Shown here one piece after another: positions 27,541 through 37,444 of a stretch of DNA of 64,000 nucleotides. The stretch spans positions 46,951 to 110,950 of the forward strand of contig CANHQZ010000002.1 in assembly GCA_947463125.1 (NCBI GenBank). The letters run 5' to 3'. Below the pieces are notes generated by a model. That model did not search any database, had not been told where the DNA came from, and saw only the letters and a program-made list of their open reading frames with translations. Source of the stretch: Flavobacteriales bacterium. GTDB lineage: Bacteria; Bacteroidota; Bacteroidia; NS11-12g; UBA955. Position 1 is the first letter of the stretch. Each line of letters opens with the position of its first letter. The translations under genes and the position numbers were made by a program.

Positions 27541-28245
27541 ATGGAAGCAGCAGCGAGAGCAGAAAAATCGGTTCAAATTGAAGACAGCTGGTATGAAATT
27601 TTGAAAGGGGAATTTGAAAAGCCTTATTTTCAGTATCTTAAACAATTTTTAATCAAGGAAAGACAGGCAGGATATGTGATTTATCCTCCCGGTTCACGCA
27701 TTTTTGCTGCGTTTGATTACACGCCGTTTTGGGACGTAAAATGCGTGATTGTGGGACAGGATCCATACCATGGACCGCGACAGGCCAACGGATTGTGTTT
27801 CTCGGTGAGCGATGGCCAGAAAAAGCCACCTTCGCTGGTAAATATTTTCAAAGAGCTGCACGACGACATTGGTTGTCCGATACCCTACAGCGGAAACCTG
27901 GAACCCTGGGCACATAATGGCGTCCTGCTATTGAATACGATTCTAACCGTAAGGGCAGGTCAGCCTAAATCCCACCATGGCCACGGCTGGGAGGAATTTA
28001 CTGCTGCAGCCATTGAAAAACTGAGCGACCTGCATGAACATCTGGTCTTTATTCTTTGGGGACGTGAAGCACAATTGAAGGAAGAGTTGATTGATACTAC
28101 CAAGCACCTGGTACTCAAATCACATCATCCCAGTCCGTATTCTGCAGAAAAAGGCTTTTTTGGCAATCACCATTTTAGCCGCACCAATCAATGGTTGCAG
28201 GACCACGGAATCGAGCCTATCGACTGGAATCCGGTGCAACCCTGA
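27541..28245 (+). CDS. ung: Uracil-DNA glycosylase (family 1)
   Basis: Catalytic motifs GQDPYH and HPSPYS are present. 234 aa. Confidence 0.9.
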   Translation: MEAAARAEKSVQIEDSWYEILKGEFEKPYFQYLKQFLIKERQAGYVIYPPGSRIFAAFDYTPFWDVKCVIVGQDPYHGPRQANGLCFSVSDGQKKPPSLVNIFKELHDDIGCPIPYSGNLEPWAHNGVLLLNTILTVRAGQPKSHHGHGWEEFTAAAIEKLSDLHEHLVFILWGREAQLKEELIDTTKHLVLKSHHPSPYSAEKGFFGNHHFSRTNQWLQDHGIEPIDWNPVQP

Positions 28246-28310
28246 TACATAACAGCAAGGTGTGGACATCTTGTCGCACTTTGTTTCTGAAGGTTGTGTT
28301 TCTTTGAAAG

Positions 28311-29009
28311 GTGGAATTTCCGGTAGAAATCCAGAACGCAACCATTTACCAGGGCCGAATCCCGGTGCTGAATGAGGTGAATATTCGCATCAACAAAGGC
28401 GAGTTTGCGTATCTAATTGGTAAAACGGGTTCGGGTAAGTCCAGCCTGCTTAAAACCCTTTACGGTGAACTTCCGCTAACGGAAGGAACCGGTAATGTAG
28501 CTGGAATCGGTTTGCAAGATTTAAAAAAGGCACAGATTCCTTATCTGCGCAGAAAACTGGGCATTGTTTTTCAGGATTTTCAGTTACTGACCGACCGCAG
28601 CGCCCTGGATAACCTTTTGTTCGTGCTCAAAGCTACGGGCTGGAAAGACAAACAGCAACGCATTGACAGGGCCAATGAGGTTCTTGCCAAAGTAGGGCTG
28701 GAAAACAAAGGGTACAAAATACCGGCAGAACTAAGCGGTGGTGAACAGCAACGCCTGGTTATTGCGCGTGCACTCCTGAATAACCCCGAGGTGATTCTGG
28801 CCGATGAACCCACCGGAAACCTGGATCCCGATGTCTCCGACGAGGTAATGCGCATGTTGCAGGATGTTTGTAAGGAAGGACGCTCTGTGGTTATGGCAAC
28901 CCATGATTACCGGCTCATTGAAGAGTTTGGCGGTACCATCTACCGCGTGGCAGGTGGTAAAGTCAACAAAATAGATTCTCTCAAAGAATTAGTGCCGAAT
29001 CAACAGTAA
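28311..29009 (+). CDS. ftsE: FtsE-like ABC transporter ATP-binding protein
   Basis: Intact Walker A GKTGSGKSS, signature LSGGEQQRLVIARAL, Walker B ILADEPTGNLD. The ~230-aa size is typical of FtsE/LolD-type ATPases. Confidence 0.65.
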   Translation: MEFPVEIQNATIYQGRIPVLNEVNIRINKGEFAYLIGKTGSGKSSLLKTLYGELPLTEGTGNVAGIGLQDLKKAQIPYLRRKLGIVFQDFQLLTDRSALDNLLFVLKATGWKDKQQRIDRANEVLAKVGLENKGYKIPAELSGGEQQRLVIARALLNNPEVILADEPTGNLDPDVSDEVMRMLQDVCKEGRSVVMATHDYRLIEEFGGTIYRVAGGKVNKIDSLKELVPNQQ

Positions 29010-30512
29010 GGTTCTGGCGGCATTTGCAGCATCAATCATATAGGTTCCATCTGACAAATCTGAAACGGAAATCGTTCCTGAAACCGATCTGATCGTTTTT
29101 ACCAAAGTCCCATTGATCTGGAAAATGCGTACATATTTGCCGATGAAGGCCGGCGAATAAACTTCATTTTGTGCAGGATTGGGGAACAATGCAATATTCT
29201 GCTTTTTATCAATCGTATTGCCTGCAGGATAAATCATTTGCTGCAAAGCGGTGGTTGTGCGCTCGCTGATATAGGGTTTCACACCAAAACTCACATGGTT
29301 GCCCCAGGCTTTGGTATCGGCTTGCTGCCAGTCTGCGAGCGTAAAACCATAGTCGGAAGCCCTGGCTCCCGTGAAGTAGGGATCAGCAGCCACCGCCGCT
29401 GCCACGATAGACTTGTGGTTATCAATAATGGCAAACAGGCTGTCTGCCTTGTAAGCACCGTCAATCAGGTTTCGCAATTCCTGTTCATAAGCCATTTTCC
29501 ACCGGGTCACCCCAAGTATTTTATAGGTAAGGGGAGCTTTTGAGTTAGTCAGCTTGCCCCAGGCATGAATATTTCGTTTTTGGATATCGCTAACACCCCA
29601 TTGCACACCGAATGTATTATCCATGTCGTACGGTATGTATACAAAGCGGTTATCCGACATTCTGTGGTAAAGGAAATAATTGTTTTTATTGTAAAAGTAA
29701 TTGTCCCAGTGCCCCATCAGAACCTCTGCCGCCAGCACTTTCAGATAGGCATTCACATCAAAAACCTGCTCAATCCAAGATTCAAAGGAATCTTTTGGGC
29801 TGTTGTTGATTACATTGATAAAATAAACAAGATCACTGTAATCATCGGCGACGGTATTGGTTTTCAATTCATAAGCCCGCTCATTCAGGGGAGAAGGATT
29901 GATTAGGTCTTTGTAAGGTTGCTGGAATGAACCCAGCCAGCCCAGATCTGCAGGCCAGCTGCATTTGTAGAGGTTTCCTATGCTTTCGCCAAATCGGGAT
30001 TGGAGAAATGTTTTATCGATGTATTCTGAATGGTTTCTCAATCCCTGATATGTGCCATTTACGTACAACCTGACAGGATTACTGCGCGTTGCAACAATTC
30101 CGGCCCGGGCCAGAAATCGTGCACTGAGAAATTCCCGAACCAAGGAAGGATCGTTGTGGTTGCCATTCAGGTTCATGTTTTTCAGCCCCTGATAGGTTTG
30201 GCTCTGAAATGCACCCAAATCCAGGCGGTAGCCTCTCTTCTCCGCTTCACGGGATGAATTTCCTTTCACACGCATTCCGATATTGCGCAGCGTGTCTTTT
30301 TGATCGTAAATAAACAATGAAGAAAAATAAACATTGTCCCATACGTTTTTATTCATCTTCGTCCAGCTGTCCTTGGGTAAGAAAATATCGACACGGTGGA
30401 TTTTATTGTCGTAAATAGTTCCGTTTTGCGGCCATACGGCTTGCTGCGCCTCCAGGTGCCGCGTTGGAAGCAGAAAAGTCACGGCCAAAAAGAAGCAGCG
30501 GAAGATTTTCAT
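28989..30512 (-). CDS. CotH-family (atypical kinase fold) protein with a T9SS C-terminal sorting domain
   Basis: Signal peptide, then a CotH-like core. The C-terminal ~80 aa (LFPNPAQNEVY...GTLVKTI...SDLSDGTYMI) are a type-A Por secretion tail. It overlaps the upstream membrane-protein gene by 4 nt. Confidence 0.7.
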   Translation of the reverse strand: MKIFRCFFLAVTFLLPTRHLEAQQAVWPQNGTIYDNKIHRVDIFLPKDSWTKMNKNVWDNVYFSSLFIYDQKDTLRNIGMRVKGNSSREAEKRGYRLDLGAFQSQTYQGLKNMNLNGNHNDPSLVREFLSARFLARAGIVATRSNPVRLYVNGTYQGLRNHSEYIDKTFLQSRFGESIGNLYKCSWPADLGWLGSFQQPYKDLINPSPLNERAYELKTNTVADDYSDLVYFINVINNSPKDSFESWIEQVFDVNAYLKVLAAEVLMGHWDNYFYNKNNYFLYHRMSDNRFVYIPYDMDNTFGVQWGVSDIQKRNIHAWGKLTNSKAPLTYKILGVTRWKMAYEQELRNLIDGAYKADSLFAIIDNHKSIVAAAVAADPYFTGARASDYGFTLADWQQADTKAWGNHVSFGVKPYISERTTTALQQMIYPAGNTIDKKQNIALFPNPAQNEVYSPAFIGKYVRIFQINGTLVKTIRSVSGTISVSDLSDGTYMIDAANAARTLLLIRH

Positions 30513-32017
30513 TTTGCAGAAGACAGTTTGTAAATATAGAGATTGCCGTACAATGTAGGTATTGATCCTGTCACTATTGCACTTGTTGGCTTCACCTGCT
30601 GTTGTTTATTGAGCATGCTGTTTCGGCTTACTGGCATGGGGTAGTTATATACATCCGTATACACCGGTGATTTTTGGATGGTGTTGAGTGAGTCTGCATC
30701 CATAAATGTGATTCCTTCTTCCTTGAATTTTTTTTGATAATAGGGCGTTTGTGTAGACAGGTAATTCTCCAGCATTACCCTTTCTCTCGCAATGAAGATT
30801 AGGTTTTTGGCCTTTTCTTCTTCCGCGATTTTCAATAACAAATTCAATTCAGCGCCGTACCTTATTGTTTTAATATTGGCGTTGGGAATCAAATAAACTC
30901 CCAGGTTCCAACAGAGCATGGCAGTTGCCAAAGGCAATGCTTTGTGTTGCCATTTTATTAGGAAAGCAGGGAAGGAAAGCAGCAGCAAAAACGGAATCAT
31001 GACCATGAATTCGGCGTTGCCCACAGAATATACGGCCCATAAAAACTGCAAAATCAAGGCAAAACGCAGCCAGCGAAAGCCTGAGAAGTTGTTTTGCGTT
31101 TTTTCATGGATGTTATTTTGGTTTTTTGCAAGAATTGCAACAGCAGTCAAGCCCAATGCCAGTATGGGAAAAGCCCATAACCATGTCCACGCATCGAGAA
31201 AATATGGAATGTTGCCGTGCACCTGAATCCAAGTTCGTATGCTGTTGATTGCGCTATACTTCAGGTTGTCAAATCCGGGAATTAGGGAAACGGTGCCATT
31301 CATGGCATCCGAAAAAGGATATTGCCACCAGATTTTATGCTCGTAGGTGGCAGAACCAACATAGGCAAGCAATATTATGCCCAAAGAAATTCCCGCTGCA
31401 ACCCATTTTTGTTTACCTGCCGGGAAAAATAAAACTGCCGCAAGCCACCACCAGCAATGGATTTGGTGAAACAACACCGCCAATGCCAGCAAGCCGAATC
31501 CGGCGTATAGGTTCGCATGGTTTTCTGCTTTTTGGTGTTTTAATAAATACAGCGTTCCCCACAGGCTCAGCAACAGCGGTAATAGGTAGGTTTCATTTTC
31601 CGTAGCAAAACGCATGGTGGCGAATGCACTTCCTGCAAGCATTACAGCTGCTTTGGCAGCTGACTTGTTGTCTGAAATCAATTCAAAACAACGCTTTAAC
31701 AGGTATAAAGAACCCGCAGCTGCGATGGCATTGATGGCCTGCATCCACATTAGGTAATGCGTAAAGTGCTTTCCAATAAGCCCGTAGGTAATTTGCCCGA
31801 AAGGCCCATAGAGCAGGTGGTGCGGGGAGAAAAGCCATTTCCCGGACTCGGCATTTTGCAGAAATTCACCGGCATAACCCACCGCATCGCCGGAAGGGTT
31901 AATACCCGGCAAAAGCAGGTATAAAAGCCCAAATCCAAGCCATGCGAGAGACAATATCCGGTTTTTAACCGCCTGCATACAGGCAAAGGTAAGATACAGG
32001 GCGTATCTTTGCCGCAT
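30509..32017 (-). CDS. Polytopic membrane protein, putative GT-C-fold glycosyltransferase
   Basis: 502 aa with ≥10 hydrophobic helices and a C-terminal soluble domain. Its layout resembles PMT/ArnT-like GT-C enzymes. The family assignment is tentative. Confidence 0.45.
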   Translation of the reverse strand: MRQRYALYLTFACMQAVKNRILSLAWLGFGLLYLLLPGINPSGDAVGYAGEFLQNAESGKWLFSPHHLLYGPFGQITYGLIGKHFTHYLMWMQAINAIAAAGSLYLLKRCFELISDNKSAAKAAVMLAGSAFATMRFATENETYLLPLLLSLWGTLYLLKHQKAENHANLYAGFGLLALAVLFHQIHCWWWLAAVLFFPAGKQKWVAAGISLGIILLAYVGSATYEHKIWWQYPFSDAMNGTVSLIPGFDNLKYSAINSIRTWIQVHGNIPYFLDAWTWLWAFPILALGLTAVAILAKNQNNIHEKTQNNFSGFRWLRFALILQFLWAVYSVGNAEFMVMIPFLLLLSFPAFLIKWQHKALPLATAMLCWNLGVYLIPNANIKTIRYGAELNLLLKIAEEEKAKNLIFIARERVMLENYLSTQTPYYQKKFKEEGITFMDADSLNTIQKSPVYTDVYNYPMPVSRNSMLNKQQQVKPTSAIVTGSIPTLYGNLYIYKLSSAK

Positions 32018-33425
32018 GCATCAGGCACTGCAAACCGAGGAGTTTGAAATCATCGCCGGGGTGGCTGCCCAAACGGGCATTCAGGCCTGGGTGGTGGGCG
32101 GTTTTGTGCGCGATCTGATGCTGGGTGTGCCTACCAAAGATATCGATGTCGTTGTGCTGGGCTCCGGCGTGGATTTTGCCGAAAAAGTGGCTAAAAAACT
32201 GCCGGGTGAGACCCATGTGGCCTACTTTAAAAACTTTGGCACAGCACAAATAAAAACCCGTGATTACATCATAGAGTTTATCGGTGCCCGCAAGGAAAGT
32301 TACGACCGTCAAAGCCGCAAACCCGCGGTAGAGGACGGTTCACTGGCCGATGACCAGAACCGCCGCGATTTTACCATCAATTCCATGTACCTGAGCCTGA
32401 ACAAGGCCGATTTCGGAGAATTGATGGATCCGTTTAACGGCGTGCAGGACTTGCAGGATAAAATCATTCGAACACCTATGGATCCGGATGTGACGTTCAG
32501 CGATGATCCCCTGCGCATGCTCCGCGCCGTGCGCTTTGCAACCCGACTTGGTTTCACCATTCATCCGGAAACCATGGAAGCACTTGCCAAAAACGCAGAG
32601 CGCATTTCCATTGTTTCGCAGGAGCGGATTACCGACGAATTGAACGGCATTATCATGTGCAAACAGCCGGGCAAGGGTTTAGAGATTTTGTTTGATACGG
32701 GAATTCTGCACCTCATCTTTCCCGAATTTACTGCATTGCATGGTATAGAAACCCGGAATGGGAAGAGCCATAAAGACAATTTTTACCATACGCTCAAGGT
32801 GCTCGACAATTTGTGTGAGCTCAGTGAAAACCTATGGTTGCGCTGGTCGGCCATCCTCCACGACATTGCCAAGCCTGCCACCAAAAGGTTTGATCCGGCT
32901 GTAGGCTGGACCTTTCACGGACACGAAGACCGGGGAGCCCGCATGGTTAAAGGCATCTTCCGCAAAATGCGCCTGCCACTGGACGACAAAATGCGCTACG
33001 TGGAGAAAATGGTGGCTCTGCACCTGCGTCCCATTGTGCTGAGTAAAGAGATTGTTACAGACAGCGCGGTGCGCCGCCTGATTGTGGATGCCGGCGAAGA
33101 TGTGATGGATCTGCTGAATCTGTGCAGGGCTGATATTACCAGTAAAAACGAAATTAAGGTGGCCCGTCACCTGGCCAATCTTGAAAAAGTAGCCGAAAAG
33201 ATAAAGGACGTAACCGAGCGCGACGCCATGCGCAACTGGCAGCCTGTGGTTTCCGGAAACCACATTCTGGAAATGTTCGATATCCGTGATCCCAAACTCA
33301 TCGGCGTACTCAAAAACACAGTAAGGGATGCCATTCTGGATGGCGAAATTCCCAATGAAGAAGAGGCCGCGCTCGCGTTTACCCGCCAAAAAGGTCTGGA
33401 AATGGGGCTGCAGGCACGAAACTGA
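32016..33425 (+). CDS. cca: CCA tRNA nucleotidyltransferase with HD domain
   Basis: PolyA-polymerase head-domain motif (AWVVGGFVRDLMLGVPTKDIDVVV), followed by an HD domain (HD...HDIAKP). Confidence 0.85.
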   Translation: MHQALQTEEFEIIAGVAAQTGIQAWVVGGFVRDLMLGVPTKDIDVVVLGSGVDFAEKVAKKLPGETHVAYFKNFGTAQIKTRDYIIEFIGARKESYDRQSRKPAVEDGSLADDQNRRDFTINSMYLSLNKADFGELMDPFNGVQDLQDKIIRTPMDPDVTFSDDPLRMLRAVRFATRLGFTIHPETMEALAKNAERISIVSQERITDELNGIIMCKQPGKGLEILFDTGILHLIFPEFTALHGIETRNGKSHKDNFYHTLKVLDNLCELSENLWLRWSAILHDIAKPATKRFDPAVGWTFHGHEDRGARMVKGIFRKMRLPLDDKMRYVEKMVALHLRPIVLSKEIVTDSAVRRLIVDAGEDVMDLLNLCRADITSKNEIKVARHLANLEKVAEKIKDVTERDAMRNWQPVVSGNHILEMFDIRDPKLIGVLKNTVRDAILDGEIPNEEEAALAFTRQKGLEMGLQARN

Positions 33426-33478
33426 AAACTTTATCGGTTTTTTAGCAAGGCTACTTTGTATTTTTGCATCCAGCAAAC

Positions 33479-34750
33479 ATGATACAGCTCGCCTACATTC
33501 GTTCCAATGCCGATGAAGTAATCAAACGCCTTTCGCTCCGCGGTATAGATGCCGCCGAAACCGTTAAGGAAATTCTGGATACCGACAAAAAAGCCCGCGA
33601 TTGCCGCTCCGAAATGGAGCAAAATCAGGCCCGTGGCAACCAGATTGCCCGTGAAATCGGGGAGCTGATGAAGTCGGGCAAAAGGGAAGAGGCCGAGCAG
33701 AAAAAAAGCGAAACCGCTGCCATCAAGGAAAGGCTGAAAACGCTGGAAACCGATGTGGAAACACTGGAAGCCCGTGTGAAAGAACTTATCATTTCTTTGC
33801 CCAATACACCCCATGAATCTGTGCCGCATGGCAAATCAGCCGATGATAACCACACTGTGCTTACCTGGGGTTCGGTACCCGCTTTGCCTGAAAACGCCCT
33901 TCCACACTGGGAGCTGGCCGCCAAGTATGATATCATCGATTTTGAACTGGGCGTAAAAATTGCCGGTGCCGGTTTTCCGGTATACAAAGGCAAAGGTGCC
34001 ATTCTGCAGCGCGCACTCATTCAGTTTTTTCTGAACGAAGCCAATAAAGCCGGCTTCACGGAAATTCAGCCACCCATTGTGGTGAATGCTGACAGCGGTT
34101 TTGGCACCGGACAGCTGCCCGACAAGGAAGGACAGATGTATTACGCACCGCTGGATGATTTGTACCTCATTCCTACAGCTGAAGTGCCCATTACCAATAT
34201 GTACCGAGATGTGATTCTGGAGGAAAGTGCTCTTCCCATAAAGAATGCGGGTTATACGCCTTGTTTTCGCCGTGAGGCAGGCAGTTATGGAGCCCACGTG
34301 CGTGGCCTGAACCGCCTGCACCAGTTTGATAAAGTGGAAATTGTGCAGATTGTGAAGCCTGAAAACAGCTATCAGGTGCTGGAAGATATGAGCGCTTATG
34401 TGCAAGGTTTGTTGCAGAAACTGGGACTTCACTACCGTGTGTTGCTGCTCTGCGGCGGCGATATGGGATTTGCATCGGCAAAAACCTATGATATGGAAGT
34501 GTGGAGCGCAGCCCAGAATCGATGGCTGGAGTGCAGTTCTGTGAGCAATTTTGAAACCTTCCAGACGCATCGCCTGAAATGCCGTTACCGCAATGCTGCC
34601 GGTAAAACCGAACAGGCCCATAGCCTGAATGGCAGTGCGCTCGCGCTTCCGCGTATTGTGGCAGCCTTGCTGGAAAATAACCAGACAGCCGATGGAATCC
34701 GCGTTCCTGAAGTGCTCGTCCCGTATACCGGATTTGATATCATCGCTTAA
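33479..34750 (+). CDS. serS: Serine--tRNA ligase
   Basis: N-terminal coiled-coil arm, then class II aaRS motifs (FRREAGS...GLNRLHQFDKVE). The start was trimmed to MIQLAYIR. Confidence 0.95.
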   Translation: MIQLAYIRSNADEVIKRLSLRGIDAAETVKEILDTDKKARDCRSEMEQNQARGNQIAREIGELMKSGKREEAEQKKSETAAIKERLKTLETDVETLEARVKELIISLPNTPHESVPHGKSADDNHTVLTWGSVPALPENALPHWELAAKYDIIDFELGVKIAGAGFPVYKGKGAILQRALIQFFLNEANKAGFTEIQPPIVVNADSGFGTGQLPDKEGQMYYAPLDDLYLIPTAEVPITNMYRDVILEESALPIKNAGYTPCFRREAGSYGAHVRGLNRLHQFDKVEIVQIVKPENSYQVLEDMSAYVQGLLQKLGLHYRVLLLCGGDMGFASAKTYDMEVWSAAQNRWLECSSVSNFETFQTHRLKCRYRNAAGKTEQAHSLNGSALALPRIVAALLENNQTADGIRVPEVLVPYTGFDIIA

Positions 34751-34759
34751 TGCCGATTT

Positions 34760-35284
34760 ATGGAACATTTAAAATATCCTATCGGTAAATTTGATTTAGA
34801 AAAAACGGATTATCAGCTGGAAGAACTGCTGGAATGCGTGCTTCAGATTCAAGCGCTGCCAAATGAACTGAGCAAATTGCTGAACGGAATCTCCGCAGAA
34901 AATGCGGAGAATACATACAGGCCCGGCGGCTGGAATGTACGTCAGATTATACACCACATAGCCGACTCCCACTTGAATGCCTGGGTTAGAACAAAGCTAT
35001 TGCTCACCGAAGATAATCCCACTGTAAAGCCATATGATGAAAATGCATGGGCTGCGGGAAAGGATTACGGTTTTGCGTTTGAAGCTTCTTACCTCATGCT
35101 GGTGGGAATTCATCAACGCTGGAGTTTGCTGCTGTTGGAAACCTTAAAAACACCGGAACTGCTCTCGCGCACCTTCTTTCATCCTGAACACAACAAATCG
35201 TTTTCGCTTGCGCAACTGATTGCCATGTATGCATGGCATGGAAATACCCATTTGGCTCACATTCGCATTGCAATAGGCAAGTAG
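34760..35284 (+). CDS. DinB/YfiT-like putative metal-dependent hydrolase
   Basis: 174 aa four-helix-bundle protein with His residues in the conserved positions (HHIADSHLNAW...HGNTHLAHI). Confidence 0.6.
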   Translation: MEHLKYPIGKFDLEKTDYQLEELLECVLQIQALPNELSKLLNGISAENAENTYRPGGWNVRQIIHHIADSHLNAWVRTKLLLTEDNPTVKPYDENAWAAGKDYGFAFEASYLMLVGIHQRWSLLLLETLKTPELLSRTFFHPEHNKSFSLAQLIAMYAWHGNTHLAHIRIAIGK

Positions 35285-35288
35285 TTAA

Positions 35289-37421
35289 TTACCAGTCTGA
35301 GAGCTGAAAATCAATCTGCCGTGTCTGGGGATTGGCATTTTTCACCTTGATGGTGATGATATCGCCCAAAGAATAGGTTTTACGGGTTCTGCGCCCCATG
35401 ACTTTTCTCTCCGCTTCAAAATATTCATAGCGGTCGCCTTTTATATCACTAAGGCGAATCATGCCTTCGCAGTGATTTTCAATAATTTCGGCATAAATCC
35501 CCCACTCGGTCAGTCCGCTTACCACGGCTTCAAAATATTGTCCAACACGGGCTTCAAGGTATTCGGCCATTTTGTATTTGGTGCTGGCGCGTTCTGCCTC
35601 TGCAGCCTTTTGTTCCATATTGCTGCTGTGTTTGGCCATTTCTTCAATTTTATCAGCTGAAATAACTTCCTTGCGGCTGTGCAGGTAATGCTGCAGCAGG
35701 CGATGGGCAATCAAATCGGGATAGCGGCGTATGGGAGAGGTGAAGTGGGTATAATAATCAAATGCCAGTCCAAAATGGGTGCTTTTTTGCGATGTGTAAA
35801 CCGCTTTGGCCATGGATCTTAGGGCCATTTGCTGCAATACATCCTGTTCGGGTTTCCCTTCAATGTCTTTCAGCAGTTTGTTCATGCTGGCCCTTAGGTT
35901 GGCTTCGGTGCTTAGGTCTATCCTGTAACCAAATAATTTGCAAAATTTGGAAAACTCGACCAGTCTGTCGGTAGGAGGCGCATCGTGGGTTCGGTAAATG
36001 TATGGCAGCTCAGGCTTTTGAAGGGTTTTGATATAGTGCGCCACTTCCCGGTTGGCCAGCAGCATAAATTCCTCAATGAGCTTGTGCGCTTCGAAGCGTT
36101 TTTTAACCATCACTTCAAGGGGCTTACCCTTGCTGTCCAGTTTGAATCTTATTTCATCGCTTTCAAACGATATGGCGCCTGCCTTGAATCGTTTGCGCTG
36201 AAAGGTTTCGGCCAGTGCATTGAGTTCGCCCAGTTCCCGGGCCCAGTCGCCCTCACCGGTTTTGATTCTTTCCTGCGCCTCTTCGTATGAGAAACGGCGG
36301 ATGCTGTGAATGACGGTTTTCCCAAACCACCGCTCTTTCACTTCGCCCTGCCCATTCATAATGAAAACCGCCGAAAAGGCCAGCCTGTCTTCATTGGGTC
36401 GCAGACTGCAAAGGTTATTGCTCAGTTTTTCAGGCAACATGGGAATGGTGCGGTCTGCCAGATACACACTGGTTCCGCGATGCAGTGCTTCCTGATCTAA
36501 CCGGCTGCCTTCGGTCACAAAATGACTCACATCGGCAATGTGGACCCCCAGTTCTATCAATCCGTTGTCGAGTTTGCGGTAGGAAATGGCATCGTCAAAA
36601 TCTTTGGCATCCACAGGATCGATGGTGCAGGTAGGAATATTCCTGAAATCGCGCCTTTCCTTGAGAACAGCTGCGGGTATCTGCTCGCTGTAGCTTTCGG
36701 CTTCTTTCTCCACATCGGCAGGAAAGGAAACGGCAAATCCGAATTCAGCCACAATGGCGTGCATTTCGGCATCGTTGGTGCCCGGTTTGCCCAATATCTC
36801 CACCAATCTGCCCAGCGGATTCTGTTTTTTCTCCGGAAAATCAAATACTTCAACCACCGCCTTCATGCCATCCAGGTCTGAATCGACCCTGCCATCAATC
36901 TTGATGTCGGTTTTAAATGGAGCCTTGTCTGCAATCAGATAGCCATTTCCCTCAAATACATCCAGGTTGCCCGTATAGCGCCGCTTGCTGCGGCTCACAA
37001 CCCGCAAAACCCTGCCTGTGGGCCGGTTGCCACGCCCGAGCACATCCACCTCCACGGTGTCTCCGGGCAAAGCGCGGTTCAGCCATTCTGCTGGCACATA
37101 AATATCAGCGGTATCCGGACCGGCATTTTCAGGCGTTACGAATCCGTCGCCGCTGCGCACAAATTCAATAATACCCCGTATTTGAAGTGCAGGATGCTTT
37201 ACACGGAATTGTCCTTTGCTGGGCTGTTCGGCTTTGTTTAGGTGGGTAAGGCGGAGCAGTGCTTTATATACAAGGTCCGTGGTTAGCCTTGCCTCACGCG
37301 GGATGCGACTCAATATTCTGTTTGAATTCATTGTGCCTTTGGGGTTGTCCTCCAAAACAGCCAGCACCAGTTTTTCTGCGAATGATAATTTTTCCCCGCC
37401 CACCTCTACAAATATACTCAT
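35289..37421 (-). CDS. rnr: Ribonuclease R
   Basis: 710 aa with cold-shock-like domains, an RNB catalytic domain (FSYEEAQ..., DxxxxD) and a C-terminal S1 domain. Confidence 0.9.
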   Translation of the reverse strand: MSIFVEVGGEKLSFAEKLVLAVLEDNPKGTMNSNRILSRIPREARLTTDLVYKALLRLTHLNKAEQPSKGQFRVKHPALQIRGIIEFVRSGDGFVTPENAGPDTADIYVPAEWLNRALPGDTVEVDVLGRGNRPTGRVLRVVSRSKRRYTGNLDVFEGNGYLIADKAPFKTDIKIDGRVDSDLDGMKAVVEVFDFPEKKQNPLGRLVEILGKPGTNDAEMHAIVAEFGFAVSFPADVEKEAESYSEQIPAAVLKERRDFRNIPTCTIDPVDAKDFDDAISYRKLDNGLIELGVHIADVSHFVTEGSRLDQEALHRGTSVYLADRTIPMLPEKLSNNLCSLRPNEDRLAFSAVFIMNGQGEVKERWFGKTVIHSIRRFSYEEAQERIKTGEGDWARELGELNALAETFQRKRFKAGAISFESDEIRFKLDSKGKPLEVMVKKRFEAHKLIEEFMLLANREVAHYIKTLQKPELPYIYRTHDAPPTDRLVEFSKFCKLFGYRIDLSTEANLRASMNKLLKDIEGKPEQDVLQQMALRSMAKAVYTSQKSTHFGLAFDYYTHFTSPIRRYPDLIAHRLLQHYLHSRKEVISADKIEEMAKHSSNMEQKAAEAERASTKYKMAEYLEARVGQYFEAVVSGLTEWGIYAEIIENHCEGMIRLSDIKGDRYEYFEAERKVMGRRTRKTYSLGDIITIKVKNANPQTRQIDFQLSDW

Positions 37422-37444
37422 TCAAAAGGGTTTAATGAAAGGGA

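Noticed and set aside
32832-33476. 214-aa minus-strand ORF
   Set aside because: It is antisense to cca, the CCA-adding enzyme, and overlaps the serS start. It has no independent support.
33836-34768. 310-aa ORF on the minus strand
   Set aside because: It is entirely antisense to the unmistakable serS gene (class II aaRS motifs on the + strand). It has no signal of its own and is a shadow ORF.
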